From Bdellovibrionia bacterium (lineage in GTDB: Bacteria > Bdellovibrionota > UBA1018): a DNA stretch of 48,442 nucleotides. Below the pieces are notes generated by a model that was given only the letters and a program-made list of their open reading frames with translations, ran no database searches and was not told the origin of the DNA. Each line of letters starts with the position of its first letter. Within the stretch, counting starts at the first letter, position 1. A program made the position numbers and the translations under genes. Shown piece by piece: positions 27,413 through 38,355 of this stretch. The DNA lies in NCBI GenBank assembly GCA_045805065.1, contig JBJMMA010000055.1:1-48442 (forward strand), in the 5' to 3' direction.

Positions 27413-28387
27413 ATGAAAAAATCTTTTATTACACACACATTGATGATCGCTGCACTTGCCGGTGCTCTCGTTACTTCAGGCTGTGCCTCAGGCCCAAGGT
27501 CCCGAGGCGGCGATGGCGGAAAAAACTCCGGAAATACGTCAGGAGCCAGTCCCGGTAACGGTGAAGGCTATGGCCCTCAAGCGTCTGATGCAAACCAGCC
27601 CCCGATGACCTACGGTCCGGAGCCTGTGCAACTCAAGCCCATCACGCTCGTCTTTGGTCCGGGAATGGCTCGTGGTTATGCTCATGCGGGAGCGCTTCGT
27701 GCTCTTGCTGAAAACAAGATTCCTATTGCGGCCATTTACGGCGCTGAAATGGGAAGCCTCATGGGAGCGCTCTATGCCGCGGATTCGAACATCAACACGT
27801 TTGAATGGGGCCTGATCCATCTTAAGGATGAAGCCTTTACGGCTGAGCATGGGTTGATTGGCCGATTTTTCAAGAGTGGTGAGCAATCGCATGGCGATTC
27901 CCAAAAGCTTGAAGAGCAACTGAAGAGAATCTTCGGAAAGCGCGACATTGCCCAAGCCAAGATCCCATTGAGAATTGAGCTTCAAAGAAAATCTGAAAAC
28001 TCTCCAACCTTGATGAACAAGGGTGCGCTCGTCCCGGTTCTTCGTGCGGCAGTTGCAGGTCCTGGTTTCTTTGAGCCGGTCTCCATCAATGGACAGTCAG
28101 CTCAAGGGGCGAGCGATTCAAGCGCCGTTGCCTATCTTTGCGCAGAAGCTCGCGCTGAATCAAAAGGCCCAGTCATCCTGATTGACACGGCCACGAACCG
28201 AAACGATCCATCCGCAGCGGATTTAGTGATTCGCCCCGAGCTCGATGGCATCGGACCTCTCGACTTTTCAAAGAAAACTGAAGCCGCATTTCGTGGAAAG
28301 AAAGCGGTCGAAGACCATCTGCCAGAAATTAAACGTTGGGTTGGCATTCAAGACTCCAACCGTTCGCAGGAAGGCACAAGCCAGTGA
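27413..28387 (+). CDS. patatin-like lipoprotein with degenerate catalytic motifs
   Basis: Lipobox-like VTSGC; LVFGPGMARGYAHAGALRAL; GAEMG in place of GxSxG; ADLVIRP. Confidence 0.75.
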   Translation: MKKSFITHTLMIAALAGALVTSGCASGPRSRGGDGGKNSGNTSGASPGNGEGYGPQASDANQPPMTYGPEPVQLKPITLVFGPGMARGYAHAGALRALAENKIPIAAIYGAEMGSLMGALYAADSNINTFEWGLIHLKDEAFTAEHGLIGRFFKSGEQSHGDSQKLEEQLKRIFGKRDIAQAKIPLRIELQRKSENSPTLMNKGALVPVLRAAVAGPGFFEPVSINGQSAQGASDSSAVAYLCAEARAESKGPVILIDTATNRNDPSAADLVIRPELDGIGPLDFSKKTEAAFRGKKAVEDHLPEIKRWVGIQDSNRSQEGTSQ

Positions 28388-31029
28388 CTACAGACAATAC
28401 TACGAAACCTACAGCAACTGCCGAGTTTTTCAGGAAGCTTTTCCTGTTCATGGCCTTTGGAACCCTGGTTGTTCTGGCGATTGGCGGCGGCCTTTACTGG
28501 AAGTTCGCTCGGGACCTTCCAAGCATCATTACCCCAGCAGATTATCGCCCAACTCTGGTCACGCAACTCATTGCCGTTGGCACCAACCCAAAGCCCAACG
28601 AGCAGGGGACTGTCATCGCAGAGTATACAAAAGAACGTCGCTACCTGCTCCCTTATGACAAGATTCCACAGAACGTCGTTCACGCCTTCATTTCCGCGGA
28701 AGACGAAAAATTCTTCCAGCATCCCGGCATCGACATCATGGGAATCATGCGCGCAACGATCGCAAACCTGAGAGCCGGTCACACAGTTCAAGGCGGAAGC
28801 ACGATCACGCAGCAGGTGACAAAGTCGCTGATCCTATCGTCGGAGAAGACCTTCTCGCGTAAATTCAAAGAAGTCATTCTGGCAAGAAAGCTGGAGCAGA
28901 ATCTCAGTAAGCAACAGATTCTGTATCTTTATCTGAATGAAATCTATCTGGGCCATGGCGCTTATGGAATTGAAGCCGCAAGTCGGACTTACTTCCATAA
29001 ACCAGCAGAAAAGCTGAGCCTGGCAGAATCCGCAATCCTTGCCGGCATGCCGCAGGCACCAGGAAAGTACAGCCCGCTTCAAAATCCAAAGCGCGCAAAA
29101 GAAAGACAGGTCTACGTTCTTCACCGCATGCGCGAGAACGGCTATATTTCTGACGCGCAGATGAACGAAGCGATTGCAGAACCCGTTCGCGTCTATGAAG
29201 GCTCCGACGTGAACAGCAAGTACGCTCCGTACCTTGCCGAGTACATCCGTAAATATGTGATGGAGAAGTACGGCGAGAAAGCATTATACGAAGATGGCCT
29301 GACCATTCTTTTGCCAACGACCGCACAGACCGTGCTCGCAGCTAAAAAGAGCGTTGAGGATGGTCTTGAGTCCGTTGATAAGCGCGGCGGGTATCGTGGC
29401 CCGCTTCAAAGACTGAAGCCTGAAGAAGTTGATACCGTTCTTGAAGAGCTTCGCTCCAAGCTTGTTCAAAAGGCGCTTGAGAGCCAGATTCTCACGCCAG
29501 AAGGAAAGCTTGATCCTTACGGCGCGATGAAAGTCGTGGGCATCTCAAGCGATGAGCAGCTGCTTGCCATCGGAGAAAAATATCAAGCCGTCGTAACCGA
29601 CGTGAATGACGCTCGCAAAATGGCTGAGGTCCGCATTGGTAAAGTCCAGGCTATCATTCCATTTGATAAGATGCGGTGGGCGCGCCTTGTGTTGGATCCA
29701 AAAAATCCAACTGCGCTTGGGCGAGATCCAAAAGCGCCTTCATCTGTGCTGAAGAAAAACGACCTGATTCTGGTGAAAGTCCTGAACATCCACGATGGCG
29801 TCGTGACGGCAGGTCTTGAGCAAGAGCCATTGGTTCAGGGCGCTCTTCTTTCGATCGAAGCTCAAACTGGTTACGTGCTTGCCATGCACGGCGGTTATGA
29901 GTTTGGAAAGTCCGAGTATAACCGCGCCGTTCAGGCACAGCGCCAACCGGGCTCGTCTTTCAAGCCGATTCTCTATGCGGCCGCGCTCGAAAAGGGCTAC
30001 ACGCCAGCATCTATCATCGTCGATTCACCCATCGTTTACTCGGATGGCGATCTAGGAAAATGGAAGCCGGCCAACTTTGAAGAAAAGTTCTACGGTGATA
30101 CGACTTTCCGCCAGGCACTCATCCACTCGCGTAACGTCCCAACGATCAAGATCCTGCAGCAGGTTCAGATCCCATACCTGCTCGATTATGCAAAGCGCGT
30201 GGGCATCACCGCGACACTTCCGGCCGATCTCTCGATCTCATTGGGTAGCGCCGCAGTCTCGCTTCTTGAGATGACCAAGGTTTATAGTTTGTTCCCACGC
30301 CTTGGACGAAAGGTTGAGCCAATCTTCTTTACAAAGATCACCGACCGAGACGGAAAAGTTCTGGAAGAGCATGCGCCAGTTCCACTTCCAAGCACGCCCA
30401 AGATCGCTGCGGCGACCGCGGCTCCAGCTATCGCAAATGCTAATGGCCAACCAAATCCAGCCGTATCCATTGTTCCGGCAACGGCAGAAGGAAAACAGCC
30501 ATTCGCGTTGCCATCGTATCCGCCCGCGGACGATCCTGACCAGGTCATGGATCCACGCGTGGCTTACGTCATGTCTCACCTCATGACAGAAGTCGTGACG
30601 TTCGGCACGGGACAGGAAGCACAACAGCTCGGACGTCCTGCTGCCGGCAAGACCGGAACGACGAGTGAATACAGCGATGCATGGTTCATGGGATTCACGC
30701 CGTATGTCGTGACCGGAACCTGGGTTGGATACGATAACCATCGCTCGATCGGTCCTCTTGAGACCGGTGCACGCGCGGCGCTGCCTTTCTGGTTGAGCTA
30801 TATGAGAAGCGTGACGTCTGCGTATCCCGCAGACGATTTCCAGGTTCCTCCTGGAATCACTTTCGCAAGCATTGATCAGCACAGTGGCAAACTTGTGCCA
30901 CCCAACTCCTTGAAGGCGATCAAAGAAGCATTCATCGAGGGCACTGAGCCTAAAGCACAATCAGGCAGCGACAAAAACTCGACGGGCGACAACGAATCCG
31001 GCGATTTTTTTAAAGAAGACCTCGAATAA
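28384..31029 (+). CDS. mrcA: class A penicillin-binding protein PBP1A
   Basis: TM anchor, glycosyltransferase motifs AEDEKFFQHPG, GGSTITQQ, RKFKE; transpeptidase SSFK, SRN, KTG. GTG 28384 overlaps the upstream stop. Confidence 0.95.
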   Translation: MTTDNTTKPTATAEFFRKLFLFMAFGTLVVLAIGGGLYWKFARDLPSIITPADYRPTLVTQLIAVGTNPKPNEQGTVIAEYTKERRYLLPYDKIPQNVVHAFISAEDEKFFQHPGIDIMGIMRATIANLRAGHTVQGGSTITQQVTKSLILSSEKTFSRKFKEVILARKLEQNLSKQQILYLYLNEIYLGHGAYGIEAASRTYFHKPAEKLSLAESAILAGMPQAPGKYSPLQNPKRAKERQVYVLHRMRENGYISDAQMNEAIAEPVRVYEGSDVNSKYAPYLAEYIRKYVMEKYGEKALYEDGLTILLPTTAQTVLAAKKSVEDGLESVDKRGGYRGPLQRLKPEEVDTVLEELRSKLVQKALESQILTPEGKLDPYGAMKVVGISSDEQLLAIGEKYQAVVTDVNDARKMAEVRIGKVQAIIPFDKMRWARLVLDPKNPTALGRDPKAPSSVLKKNDLILVKVLNIHDGVVTAGLEQEPLVQGALLSIEAQTGYVLAMHGGYEFGKSEYNRAVQAQRQPGSSFKPILYAAALEKGYTPASIIVDSPIVYSDGDLGKWKPANFEEKFYGDTTFRQALIHSRNVPTIKILQQVQIPYLLDYAKRVGITATLPADLSISLGSAAVSLLEMTKVYSLFPRLGRKVEPIFFTKITDRDGKVLEEHAPVPLPSTPKIAAATAAPAIANANGQPNPAVSIVPATAEGKQPFALPSYPPADDPDQVMDPRVAYVMSHLMTEVVTFGTGQEAQQLGRPAAGKTGTTSEYSDAWFMGFTPYVVTGTWVGYDNHRSIGPLETGARAALPFWLSYMRSVTSAYPADDFQVPPGITFASIDQHSGKLVPPNSLKAIKEAFIEGTEPKAQSGSDKNSTGDNESGDFFKEDLE

Positions 31030-31041
31030 TTCCGAGATTTC

Positions 31042-31995
31042 ATGAGGAGATTTGCTATCCTCATGAACGGGATTAAACGGGAGTACTCATTTCTGCGCAG
31101 TTCAATTTCGCTTTCGATCGTCGCACATGCACTATTTTTCCTGCTGTGTGCGGTTTTGATCTCACAGCGAACGGCTCAGCTCCCTTTTAAGCGCACTACG
31201 TACATTGATCTCGCGCCTCTTCCACAAGAACTGTTGAAAAAGAACAGGGCTCGCGACGAGATCAAGCCAAGTCAGCGAATCGTTCAGACAACGAAGAGTC
31301 AAAAAACTGACAAGGCTGCGCCCGATGCCTTCTTGGGCGAGCAGACTCAAACCGTTGATCGCCAAACCGTGAGCAAGGATCACCTCGTTCAAATGGGTGA
31401 ATCCAAAAGCACGACGGCAAAGCAAGACACGCGTGGAAAAACCAAGGCAGAGAAGTCTCGCGAGAAACTTGCAAAAGAGGCTTCGCCTTTACCGCTTCAG
31501 AGCTTCGGCTTGCCCATTCTTCCAACACCAAAACAGCTGGATGACATGGCCAAGGCTCGCGCAAAGGGTGAAGATCGAAGCGATATGATCGCCAAAGGTG
31601 ATCAAGCTCCAAAAGATTATATCCAAGGACTGAAGGACGGCGAGACTACCGCCCTCAACACCAAAGAATTCGCCTTTTACGGATACTATCAAAGAATCCG
31701 TGAGCGCCTTGACCGCGCCTGGGTACCGATTCTGCGCGGCCAAATCAACTCGCTTTACCGCCGTGGCCGCACGCTTGCGAGTCAAATGGACTATTCCACC
31801 AAGGTCATGGTTTTTATGAACCAAGGCGGGGAAATCGTTAAGGTTCAGGTCCTAACTGAGTCCGGCACACAAGACTTGGATGACGCAGCCGTTAAAGCGT
31901 TTAACACGGCAGGACCATTCCCAAATCCACCCCACGGGATTGTCGATCCAAACGGCGAAATCAAAATCCCTTGGGAATTTATTCTCAAAACCTGA
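31042..31995 (+). CDS. TonB/TolA-family C-terminal domain protein
   Basis: SIVAH-containing TM, charged linker, GEIVKVQVLTESG..DLDDAAVKAF..AGPFPNPP. Confidence 0.85.
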   Translation: MRRFAILMNGIKREYSFLRSSISLSIVAHALFFLLCAVLISQRTAQLPFKRTTYIDLAPLPQELLKKNRARDEIKPSQRIVQTTKSQKTDKAAPDAFLGEQTQTVDRQTVSKDHLVQMGESKSTTAKQDTRGKTKAEKSREKLAKEASPLPLQSFGLPILPTPKQLDDMAKARAKGEDRSDMIAKGDQAPKDYIQGLKDGETTALNTKEFAFYGYYQRIRERLDRAWVPILRGQINSLYRRGRTLASQMDYSTKVMVFMNQGGEIVKVQVLTESGTQDLDDAAVKAFNTAGPFPNPPHGIVDPNGEIKIPWEFILKT

Positions 31996-32001
31996 TCAAG
32001 C

Positions 32002-32412
32002 TTAGACGCCAGAACCCAAGCGATCGACGCCCTCTTGGAAAACGTAGCTGCTCCAAAGCTCATCGACTTTGCGGAAAGTGCGGATAATCTGCTCAGCCGC
32101 ATGTTTCTCAGATAATCCATGCAGACGTGCGTGCTGGCGGATTGCCGTCAGGATCGCGCGAAACGCAGGAGATTCCATGAGTTGGTAAAGTTCCGTCTGA
32201 AAGTCGCGTCCCGGCTGAGTCTTCGTTGCAACGAGCGCCGTATTGAAAATGCGCGCCAAGTCATCAACTGCCATAGCAGAATTCGCCGCCGTATTTGCGG
32301 TACTGGAGGGATTTGCGGCCTGCGCACCTTCATTTGCCTCAATTGAATGAGAAGGCGGGTAGGCAGGCGGAAACCCAAGCGGAAATTCTTTGTTAAATGA
32401 CGGATTCGACAT
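32002..32412 (-). CDS. hypothetical protein
   Basis: 136-aa ORF filling the gap; low-complexity N-terminus, helical C-terminus; no family recognised. Confidence 0.6.
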   Translation of the reverse strand: MSNPSFNKEFPLGFPPAYPPSHSIEANEGAQAANPSSTANTAANSAMAVDDLARIFNTALVATKTQPGRDFQTELYQLMESPAFRAILTAIRQHARLHGLSEKHAAEQIIRTFRKVDELWSSYVFQEGVDRLGSGV

Positions 32413-32504
32413 AACTGGGAGCTAAGGACCATAACCCTCTTTGGTCGCCGGGTACAGAGTCTCGATTGAAAAAAAACGCCCCGCTGGGTAAAGATAGGAC
32501 AACT

Positions 32505-35456
32505 ATGCAAACTCAAAACGGTTCCTCCTTGCTCGGTGCCTCGCCAAGCGCAGGTCTCTCTGCGTCATCTTCTTTCAATGACTCATTCGTATGGCGTCAT
32601 ATTGGCCCGCGACGCTCTGAAATTGAGCAAATGCTTGCGACTCTCGGAAATCAGTCCATGGATGATGTTATCCAAAAGACGATTCCGAAGCAGATCCGTT
32701 TAAAGAAACCATTGAGCACAGACATTCTAGGAAACGGAAAAACCGAAACCGCAGCTCTCCAAGAGCTTCGCGAGATTGCAAACAAGAACCAAGTGTTCCG
32801 TTCTTACATTGGAATGGGATACTCCGATTGCATCACGCCTCCCGTGATTCAGCGAAACATTCTCGAGAATCCAGGCTGGTACACGCAGTACACGCCTTAC
32901 CAAGCTGAAATCGCACAAGGCCGCCTCGAAGCTCTTTTGAATTATCAAACGATGATCAGCGACCTCACGGGACTTCCCGTTGCGAACGCATCGATGCTCG
33001 ATGAAGGAACTGCCGCAGCAGAAGCCATGACTCTCGCTTTCTCCGCGAAGGGTCGCGATGCCGCTAAGGCCTTTTTTGTTTCCGAGCTCTGCCATCCGCA
33101 AACGATCTCCGTTTTGCAAACGCGCGCCGAGCCACTGGGCATTCGCGTGGTAGTCGGTAACGCAGAAAAAGCAGACTTCAGCGCAACGCCGATCTTTGGA
33201 ATTCTTCTTCAGTATCCAGCAACTGATGGAAGCGTTCTCGATCCAACTGCAGTGATCGAACGCGCACACGCGGCCGGCGCTCTTGCGGTTGTCGCTGCTG
33301 ATATTCTGGGACTCACGCTTTTGAAGTCTCCAGCTGAAGTCGGCGCCGACATCGCCATCGGAACCACGCAACGCTTTGGTGTACCGATGGGATTTGGCGG
33401 ACCGCACGCAGCATTCTTTGCAACGAAAGACGAGTTCAAGCGCCAGATCCCAGGACGCATTGTAGGTCTCTCCAAAGATGTCGACGGAAAGCCTGCAACG
33501 CGCCTGGCTCTTCAAACCCGCGAGCAGCACATCCGCCGCGACAAAGCGACAAGCAACATCTGCACGGCGCAAGTTCTTCTCGCAGTCATCGCGAGCATGT
33601 ACGCGGTCTATCATGGACCACAAGGACTGAAAGACATCGCCGAGCGCATCACTTTGATGACGGCCGTTCTGAAGACGGGCTTTGAGCGCCTGGGTTTTGA
33701 AGTGGCAAATCAAACGCACTTTGATTCCCTTAAGATCAATCTCAAGGGACTCTCGGCTGATCAAGTCATTGCAGCAGCCTGCGCTCAACGCATGAACCTT
33801 CGCACGTTTGATGCGAACAGCGTTGGCATCTCGCTGGATGAAACCACGACGGCTCAGGATCTCGAAACGCTTCTGAGCGTCTTTGCTCAAGCAGCAGGCA
33901 AGAAGAACACCGCAACTCTTGGCGAGCTTGAAAAGGCCGCAAAGAACGGAATTCCATCTTCACTCAAGCGTACTTCCGAGTACCTTGCGCATCCGACCTT
34001 CAATCGCTTCCACTCTGAAACTGAGATGCTTCGCTATATGCGCAGACTTGAGGCGCGCGATCTCTCGTTGACGACCTCGATGATCCCACTGGGCTCCTGC
34101 ACGATGAAGCTCAATGCGACAGCAGAAATGTTCCCAGTGACCTGGCCTGAGTTTGGAAAGATCCATCCGTTTGCCCCAGCCGAGCAGGTCAAGGGCTATC
34201 GTGAAATGCTCACCGGTCTTGAGAAGATGCTTGAGGAGATCACGGGTTTTGACGCTGTTTCTCTCCAACCAAATGCAGGATCACAAGGTGAGTACGCAGG
34301 TCTTCTTGTCATTCGTCGCTATCATCAAAGCCGCGGCGAAGGACATCGCAACGTCTGCTTGATCCCACGCTCCGCGCACGGAACAAATCCAGCTTCTGCC
34401 GCAATGGCCGGCATGCAGGTCGTAGTCGTTGAGTGCGACTCGATGGGTAACGTGGATCCAAACGATCTTCGCGCCAAGGCCGAACAATATAAGGATCAGC
34501 TCTCCGCACTGATGGTGACCTATCCATCCACCCACGGCGTGTTTGAAGAAGCCATTACGGAGATCTGCGACATCGTTCATCGCAACGGTGGTCAGGTTTA
34601 CATGGATGGCGCCAACATGAACGCTCAGGTTGGCCTCTGCCGTCCGGGCGACTTCGGTCCAGACGTCTGCCACCTGAACTTGCACAAGACATTCTGCATT
34701 CCACACGGCGGTGGCGGACCAGGCATGGGACCAATCGGTGTGAAAAAGCATCTGGCTCCGTATCTGCCAAGCCACCCAGTTGTTGAAACAGGCGGTGGAA
34801 ACAAGAGCGGCATCGGACCAATTTCCGCGGCCCCTTGGGGAAGCGCAAGCATTCTTCCGATCTCCTGGATGTACATCCGTATGATGGGTGCTCAAGGACT
34901 TAAGCTTGCGACGGAAGTTGCGATCTTGAACGCGAATTATATCGCCAAGCGCCTGAGCCCTTATTACCCAGTTCTTTATAAGGGTAAGGAAGGCTTTGTT
35001 GCGCACGAGTGCATCTTTGACTTCCGCCAGTTGAAAGACTCCATCGGAATTGAAGTCGAAGATCTCGCAAAGCGCCTCATGGATTACGGCTTCCATGCTC
35101 CAACGATCTCATTCCCGGTTCCTGGAACCGTGATGGTTGAGCCAACGGAGAGCGAGTCCAAGGCAGAACTGGATCGCTTCTGCGAAGCCATGATCTTGAT
35201 CCGCGAAGAAATCGCTGAGATTGAGCGCGGCCAAGCAGATAAGGCAAACAATCTGCTCAAAAATGCGCCTCACACTGCTGAGCAAGTCACTCGTACGGAG
35301 TGGACCAAGCCTTATACGCGTGAGCGCGCAGCGTTCCCGGCTCAATGGGTGCGTGAGAACAAGTTCTGGCCATCGGTTGGACGTATTAACAACGTCTTGG
35401 GCGATCGCAATCTGATCTGCTCTTGCCCGCCGATTGATGCCTACGAACAAGCGTAA
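32505..35456 (+). CDS. gcvP: glycine dehydrogenase (decarboxylating), single-chain P protein
   Basis: [44 protein letters not shown] site HLNLHKTF; start moved to ATG 32505. Confidence 0.98.
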   Translation: MQTQNGSSLLGASPSAGLSASSSFNDSFVWRHIGPRRSEIEQMLATLGNQSMDDVIQKTIPKQIRLKKPLSTDILGNGKTETAALQELREIANKNQVFRSYIGMGYSDCITPPVIQRNILENPGWYTQYTPYQAEIAQGRLEALLNYQTMISDLTGLPVANASMLDEGTAAAEAMTLAFSAKGRDAAKAFFVSELCHPQTISVLQTRAEPLGIRVVVGNAEKADFSATPIFGILLQYPATDGSVLDPTAVIERAHAAGALAVVAADILGLTLLKSPAEVGADIAIGTTQRFGVPMGFGGPHAAFFATKDEFKRQIPGRIVGLSKDVDGKPATRLALQTREQHIRRDKATSNICTAQVLLAVIASMYAVYHGPQGLKDIAERITLMTAVLKTGFERLGFEVANQTHFDSLKINLKGLSADQVIAAACAQRMNLRTFDANSVGISLDETTTAQDLETLLSVFAQAAGKKNTATLGELEKAAKNGIPSSLKRTSEYLAHPTFNRFHSETEMLRYMRRLEARDLSLTTSMIPLGSCTMKLNATAEMFPVTWPEFGKIHPFAPAEQVKGYREMLTGLEKMLEEITGFDAVSLQPNAGSQGEYAGLLVIRRYHQSRGEGHRNVCLIPRSAHGTNPASAAMAGMQVVVVECDSMGNVDPNDLRAKAEQYKDQLSALMVTYPSTHGVFEEAITEICDIVHRNGGQVYMDGANMNAQVGLCRPGDFGPDVCHLNLHKTFCIPHGGGGPGMGPIGVKKHLAPYLPSHPVVETGGGNKSGIGPISAAPWGSASILPISWMYIRMMGAQGLKLATEVAILNANYIAKRLSPYYPVLYKGKEGFVAHECIFDFRQLKDSIGIEVEDLAKRLMDYGFHAPTISFPVPGTVMVEPTESESKAELDRFCEAMILIREEIAEIERGQADKANNLLKNAPHTAEQVTRTEWTKPYTRERAAFPAQWVRENKFWPSVGRINNVLGDRNLICSCPPIDAYEQA

Positions 35457-35463
35457 TTAGAAA

Positions 35464-36777
35464 TTAGGGCTCTTCGACAAGCCGATAAAGAGGGTTGTCG
35501 AAGAGCTTTTCTCGTTCATCGAGTTCTTGTCTGAGGCTTTTGATCTTTGCCGAGATCTCACCTGAGATCATGTGCGCATCAGCAAAAACTCGCGCCGTCG
35601 TTACAGCGCCCGGTGCAAGCTGCCGTGAGGCAGGCGTAACGACCGCGGTCAGTAGATCATGATGCTTGTCGTGAAGTTTCTTTAGGGGCTCTTGAATAGT
35701 CTGAGCTTCGCGAAGAAGTTTTCCTGAATAACGAGAAGGTTTATTCAAAAGCGCCTGGATCTGACCTAAGCCGCGACCCCAAGTCTCTTGAAAGATCTCC
35801 CAGGCTTGAGCTTTGGCCTGATTGAACCGCATGGTGCTCAAAGACTCGGCCGCTTTATTTTCCGCGGCCATCAACGATTCAACTCTCGTTAAAGCCTCAC
35901 GCATGCGCCCGAGCTCTGCTTTGGCGACGCCTCGGCGCACGGCTGTGTAATCATTTAAGTGAGACTCGTAATTTGAGTCAGGAACTCCGCCGACAAACAT
36001 CTTCCGATGAATCGAGAGCTCATTGTGCTGGGGAGCTGACAAATCCACCCAGTAATATCCCGGGGGAACGCTTGGAAGTCCTGCCCGCGCGAGATGTTGT
36101 CGCGAAGACACGTGGAGCAGCTCAATCGTGCGAGGCTCTCCGACAAGCGTTTCGGCAATGGGCTGAAAGCTTAGGTCAAAGCCCGTATGATCACTCAGGT
36201 TCGTAGCGATGTAGAACGTTGTGCCGCCGTCACTTCTAAAAAGCGAGACCATATCCACTTTGGGGCCCTGCGTTTTTAGATCCGCTTTGGCGGTTGATCT
36301 GAGCAAAGCGTATTGCCCTTGAGGAAGCTCCGGAAGCCTTGGAAAACCAGAGAGCCAGTCATTCACGACGGGATAAGCAAAGTAGGTGAGCGCTCCCAAC
36401 GCAAGGCTCAGCGACAGAGACAAGCCAACGGTTTTTGCTGCCTTGGGCAGGCGAAGCGCGAACCGTTTCTTTTGTTCGGTCACTGACGGCGCAATTGGGC
36501 CTTCTGCGGATGACGTAGTGTCTGTGGGCTCCGCCGCTGCTACGGCTTCCGCTAAAGTGTTTAAGTCATGACCAGCCAAGGACGGCTTGGCCGGAGCTTG
36601 AAGCAGATCTTCAAGCTCGCTGACTTTCACCCACGCAGGCATGCCTGGACACCAGGCCAAGTCCTGAGGTCTCAAAGCGCCACGCGACGCAAGCTCTTGC
36701 GCCTCTTTCAACGTAAGCGGGCCTACACGGCCAACGGCCATGTAGAGATACCAGTTTGAATCAACTTCCGAGGACAA
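35464..36777 (-). CDS. GYF_2 (DUF4339) domain membrane protein
   Basis: WYL...GPLT...L.....L....LAW.PGM..W N-terminal domain, one TM, extracytoplasmic beta plus coiled-coil region; TTG start. Confidence 0.75.
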   Translation of the reverse strand: MSSEVDSNWYLYMAVGRVGPLTLKEAQELASRGALRPQDLAWCPGMPAWVKVSELEDLLQAPAKPSLAGHDLNTLAEAVAAAEPTDTTSSAEGPIAPSVTEQKKRFALRLPKAAKTVGLSLSLSLALGALTYFAYPVVNDWLSGFPRLPELPQGQYALLRSTAKADLKTQGPKVDMVSLFRSDGGTTFYIATNLSDHTGFDLSFQPIAETLVGEPRTIELLHVSSRQHLARAGLPSVPPGYYWVDLSAPQHNELSIHRKMFVGGVPDSNYESHLNDYTAVRRGVAKAELGRMREALTRVESLMAAENKAAESLSTMRFNQAKAQAWEIFQETWGRGLGQIQALLNKPSRYSGKLLREAQTIQEPLKKLHDKHHDLLTAVVTPASRQLAPGAVTTARVFADAHMISGEISAKIKSLRQELDEREKLFDNPLYRLVEEP

Positions 36778-36782
36778 AGATC

Positions 36783-37169
36783 TTACTTAAGTCCAGCAAC
36801 GTAAGTTTCGTAAGCTTGAGCATCCATCAGGTCGCTCATTGAAGCGGCGTCAGTGACTTCCATCTTCACAAGCCAAGCGCCCGAGTGCGGCTCACGATTG
36901 ATTTGTGCAGGATCATCAGGAAGAGCGGAGTTCACTTCCAGAACTTTGCCCGTAACAGGGGAGTAAAGGTCAGAAACCGCCTTGATGCTCTCGACGACGC
37001 CAAAGGTCTCACCTTTTTTCAGTTGGCGGCCAACAGCTGGAAGCTCAACGAAAACCACATCGCCCAGGGCGCTTTGTGCGTGGTCAGTGATTCCCACTGT
37101 GATCTTATTGCCTTCAACACGGGCCCATTCATGATCTTTGGTGTATTTGAGTTCAGCAGGAAAACGCAT
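36783..37169 (-). CDS. gcvH: glycine cleavage system H protein
   Basis: YTKDHEW, GITDHAQ, VESIKAVSD lipoyl-lysine motif. Confidence 0.98.
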   Translation of the reverse strand: MRFPAELKYTKDHEWARVEGNKITVGITDHAQSALGDVVFVELPAVGRQLKKGETFGVVESIKAVSDLYSPVTGKVLEVNSALPDDPAQINREPHSGAWLVKMEVTDAASMSDLMDAQAYETYVAGLK

Positions 37170-37194
37170 ATTTGTGAGCTCCTTTTAATAAAGC

Positions 37195-38310
37195 TTAGTA
37201 AGGACGTTTATAAAACGGAGTTGGAATCACTTCAGCAGGAATCTTCTGTCCGCGGACGTCTACGGTGAATTTTGATCCCTCGGCGGCATTCTCAACCGCA
37301 AGATAGGCCACTCCAATAAATTCTTTGAGGCATGGCGACTGGGTGCCGCTCGTCACTTCACCAATTTGGCGCAAGCCATCTTCGGTGAAGACAGGATAGC
37401 CATGACGCGCAATCCCGCGGCCCGTCATGCGGAAGCCAATCAGCTTTCTTTTGAGTCCGGATTCTTTTGCGCGAACGATCGGCGCCTTTCCAACAAAGTC
37501 GCCCTTATCGAGCTTGGTGACCCAGCCAAGACCTGCTTCAAGTGGGATGGTCTCATCGCTGAGCTCGTTTCCATAAAGCGGATATTTCATTTCCAGGCGA
37601 AGCGTGTCGCGTGCGCCCAGTCCACAAGGCTTGAGCCCGTGTGGGGTTCCGGCTTCAAGAATGGCGCGCCAGGCTTCTGGACCCTTCTCCCATGGAACGT
37701 AAATCTCAAAGCCATCTTCGCCGGTGTAACCCGTGCGAGCAATGATGGCCGGCACTGAGCCCAGGATCGATCCTTCGGCAAACCAGTAATACTTAATATC
37801 GGCAAGCGGGGTCTGGGTCAGAGTTTGAAGAATTTCTTGAGCCTTGCGGCCTTGAAGCGCAATTTGCGTGTAGCGAGAGCTTTCGTTGGTCAGCTTCAAA
37901 TCGCCGGACTTGCCCTTAAACTGAGCTGCGATCTTTTGCATGTGAGCAAAGTCTTTGTCCGTGTTGCTGGCGTTCACAACGACGAGAAAGCGATCTGCGC
38001 CACGGCGATAGATGACCAGGTCATCCACGATACCACCGTTCTCGTTGCACATGACCGAGTATTGAGCCTGGCCAACAGCAACTTTTGCGACGTTATTTGA
38101 AACAAGATAGTTCAAGAACTCTTCGGAGTCTTTGCCTTCGACATGGACTTCGCCCATGTGGCTGACGTCAAAAAGGCCGGCTGCCGTACGGCAAGCCATG
38201 TGTTCGTCCATTAAACCCGAATATTGAACTGGGAGTTCCCAGCCGCCAAAGTCAATGAGTCTACCGCCGAGCTTTTGGTGCTCTTCAAACAGCGCCGTTC
38301 TTTTCAACAT
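37195..38310 (-). CDS. gcvT: glycine cleavage system aminomethyltransferase T
   Basis: FGGWELPVQY, GLFDVSHMG, RTGYTGEDGFE, GLGARDTLRLE. Confidence 0.98.
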   Translation of the reverse strand: MLKRTALFEEHQKLGGRLIDFGGWELPVQYSGLMDEHMACRTAAGLFDVSHMGEVHVEGKDSEEFLNYLVSNNVAKVAVGQAQYSVMCNENGGIVDDLVIYRRGADRFLVVVNASNTDKDFAHMQKIAAQFKGKSGDLKLTNESSRYTQIALQGRKAQEILQTLTQTPLADIKYYWFAEGSILGSVPAIIARTGYTGEDGFEIYVPWEKGPEAWRAILEAGTPHGLKPCGLGARDTLRLEMKYPLYGNELSDETIPLEAGLGWVTKLDKGDFVGKAPIVRAKESGLKRKLIGFRMTGRGIARHGYPVFTEDGLRQIGEVTSGTQSPCLKEFIGVAYLAVENAAEGSKFTVDVRGQKIPAEVIPTPFYKRPY

Positions 38311-38355
38311 ATGACTCAGGATTTAGCACTCTGCACCGAGCGCTGTCCAGCTTGA

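Noticed and set aside
32413..32504. Glycine riboswitch upstream of gcvP (also checked before gcvT)
   Set aside because: Spacers are too short and lack the aptamer motifs.
38323..38346. CIRCE-like TTAGCACTC-N6-GAGCGCTGT upstream of gcvT
   Set aside because: Spacer is 6 rather than 9, the right arm is poor, and the gene is not a chaperone; better read as a promoter element.
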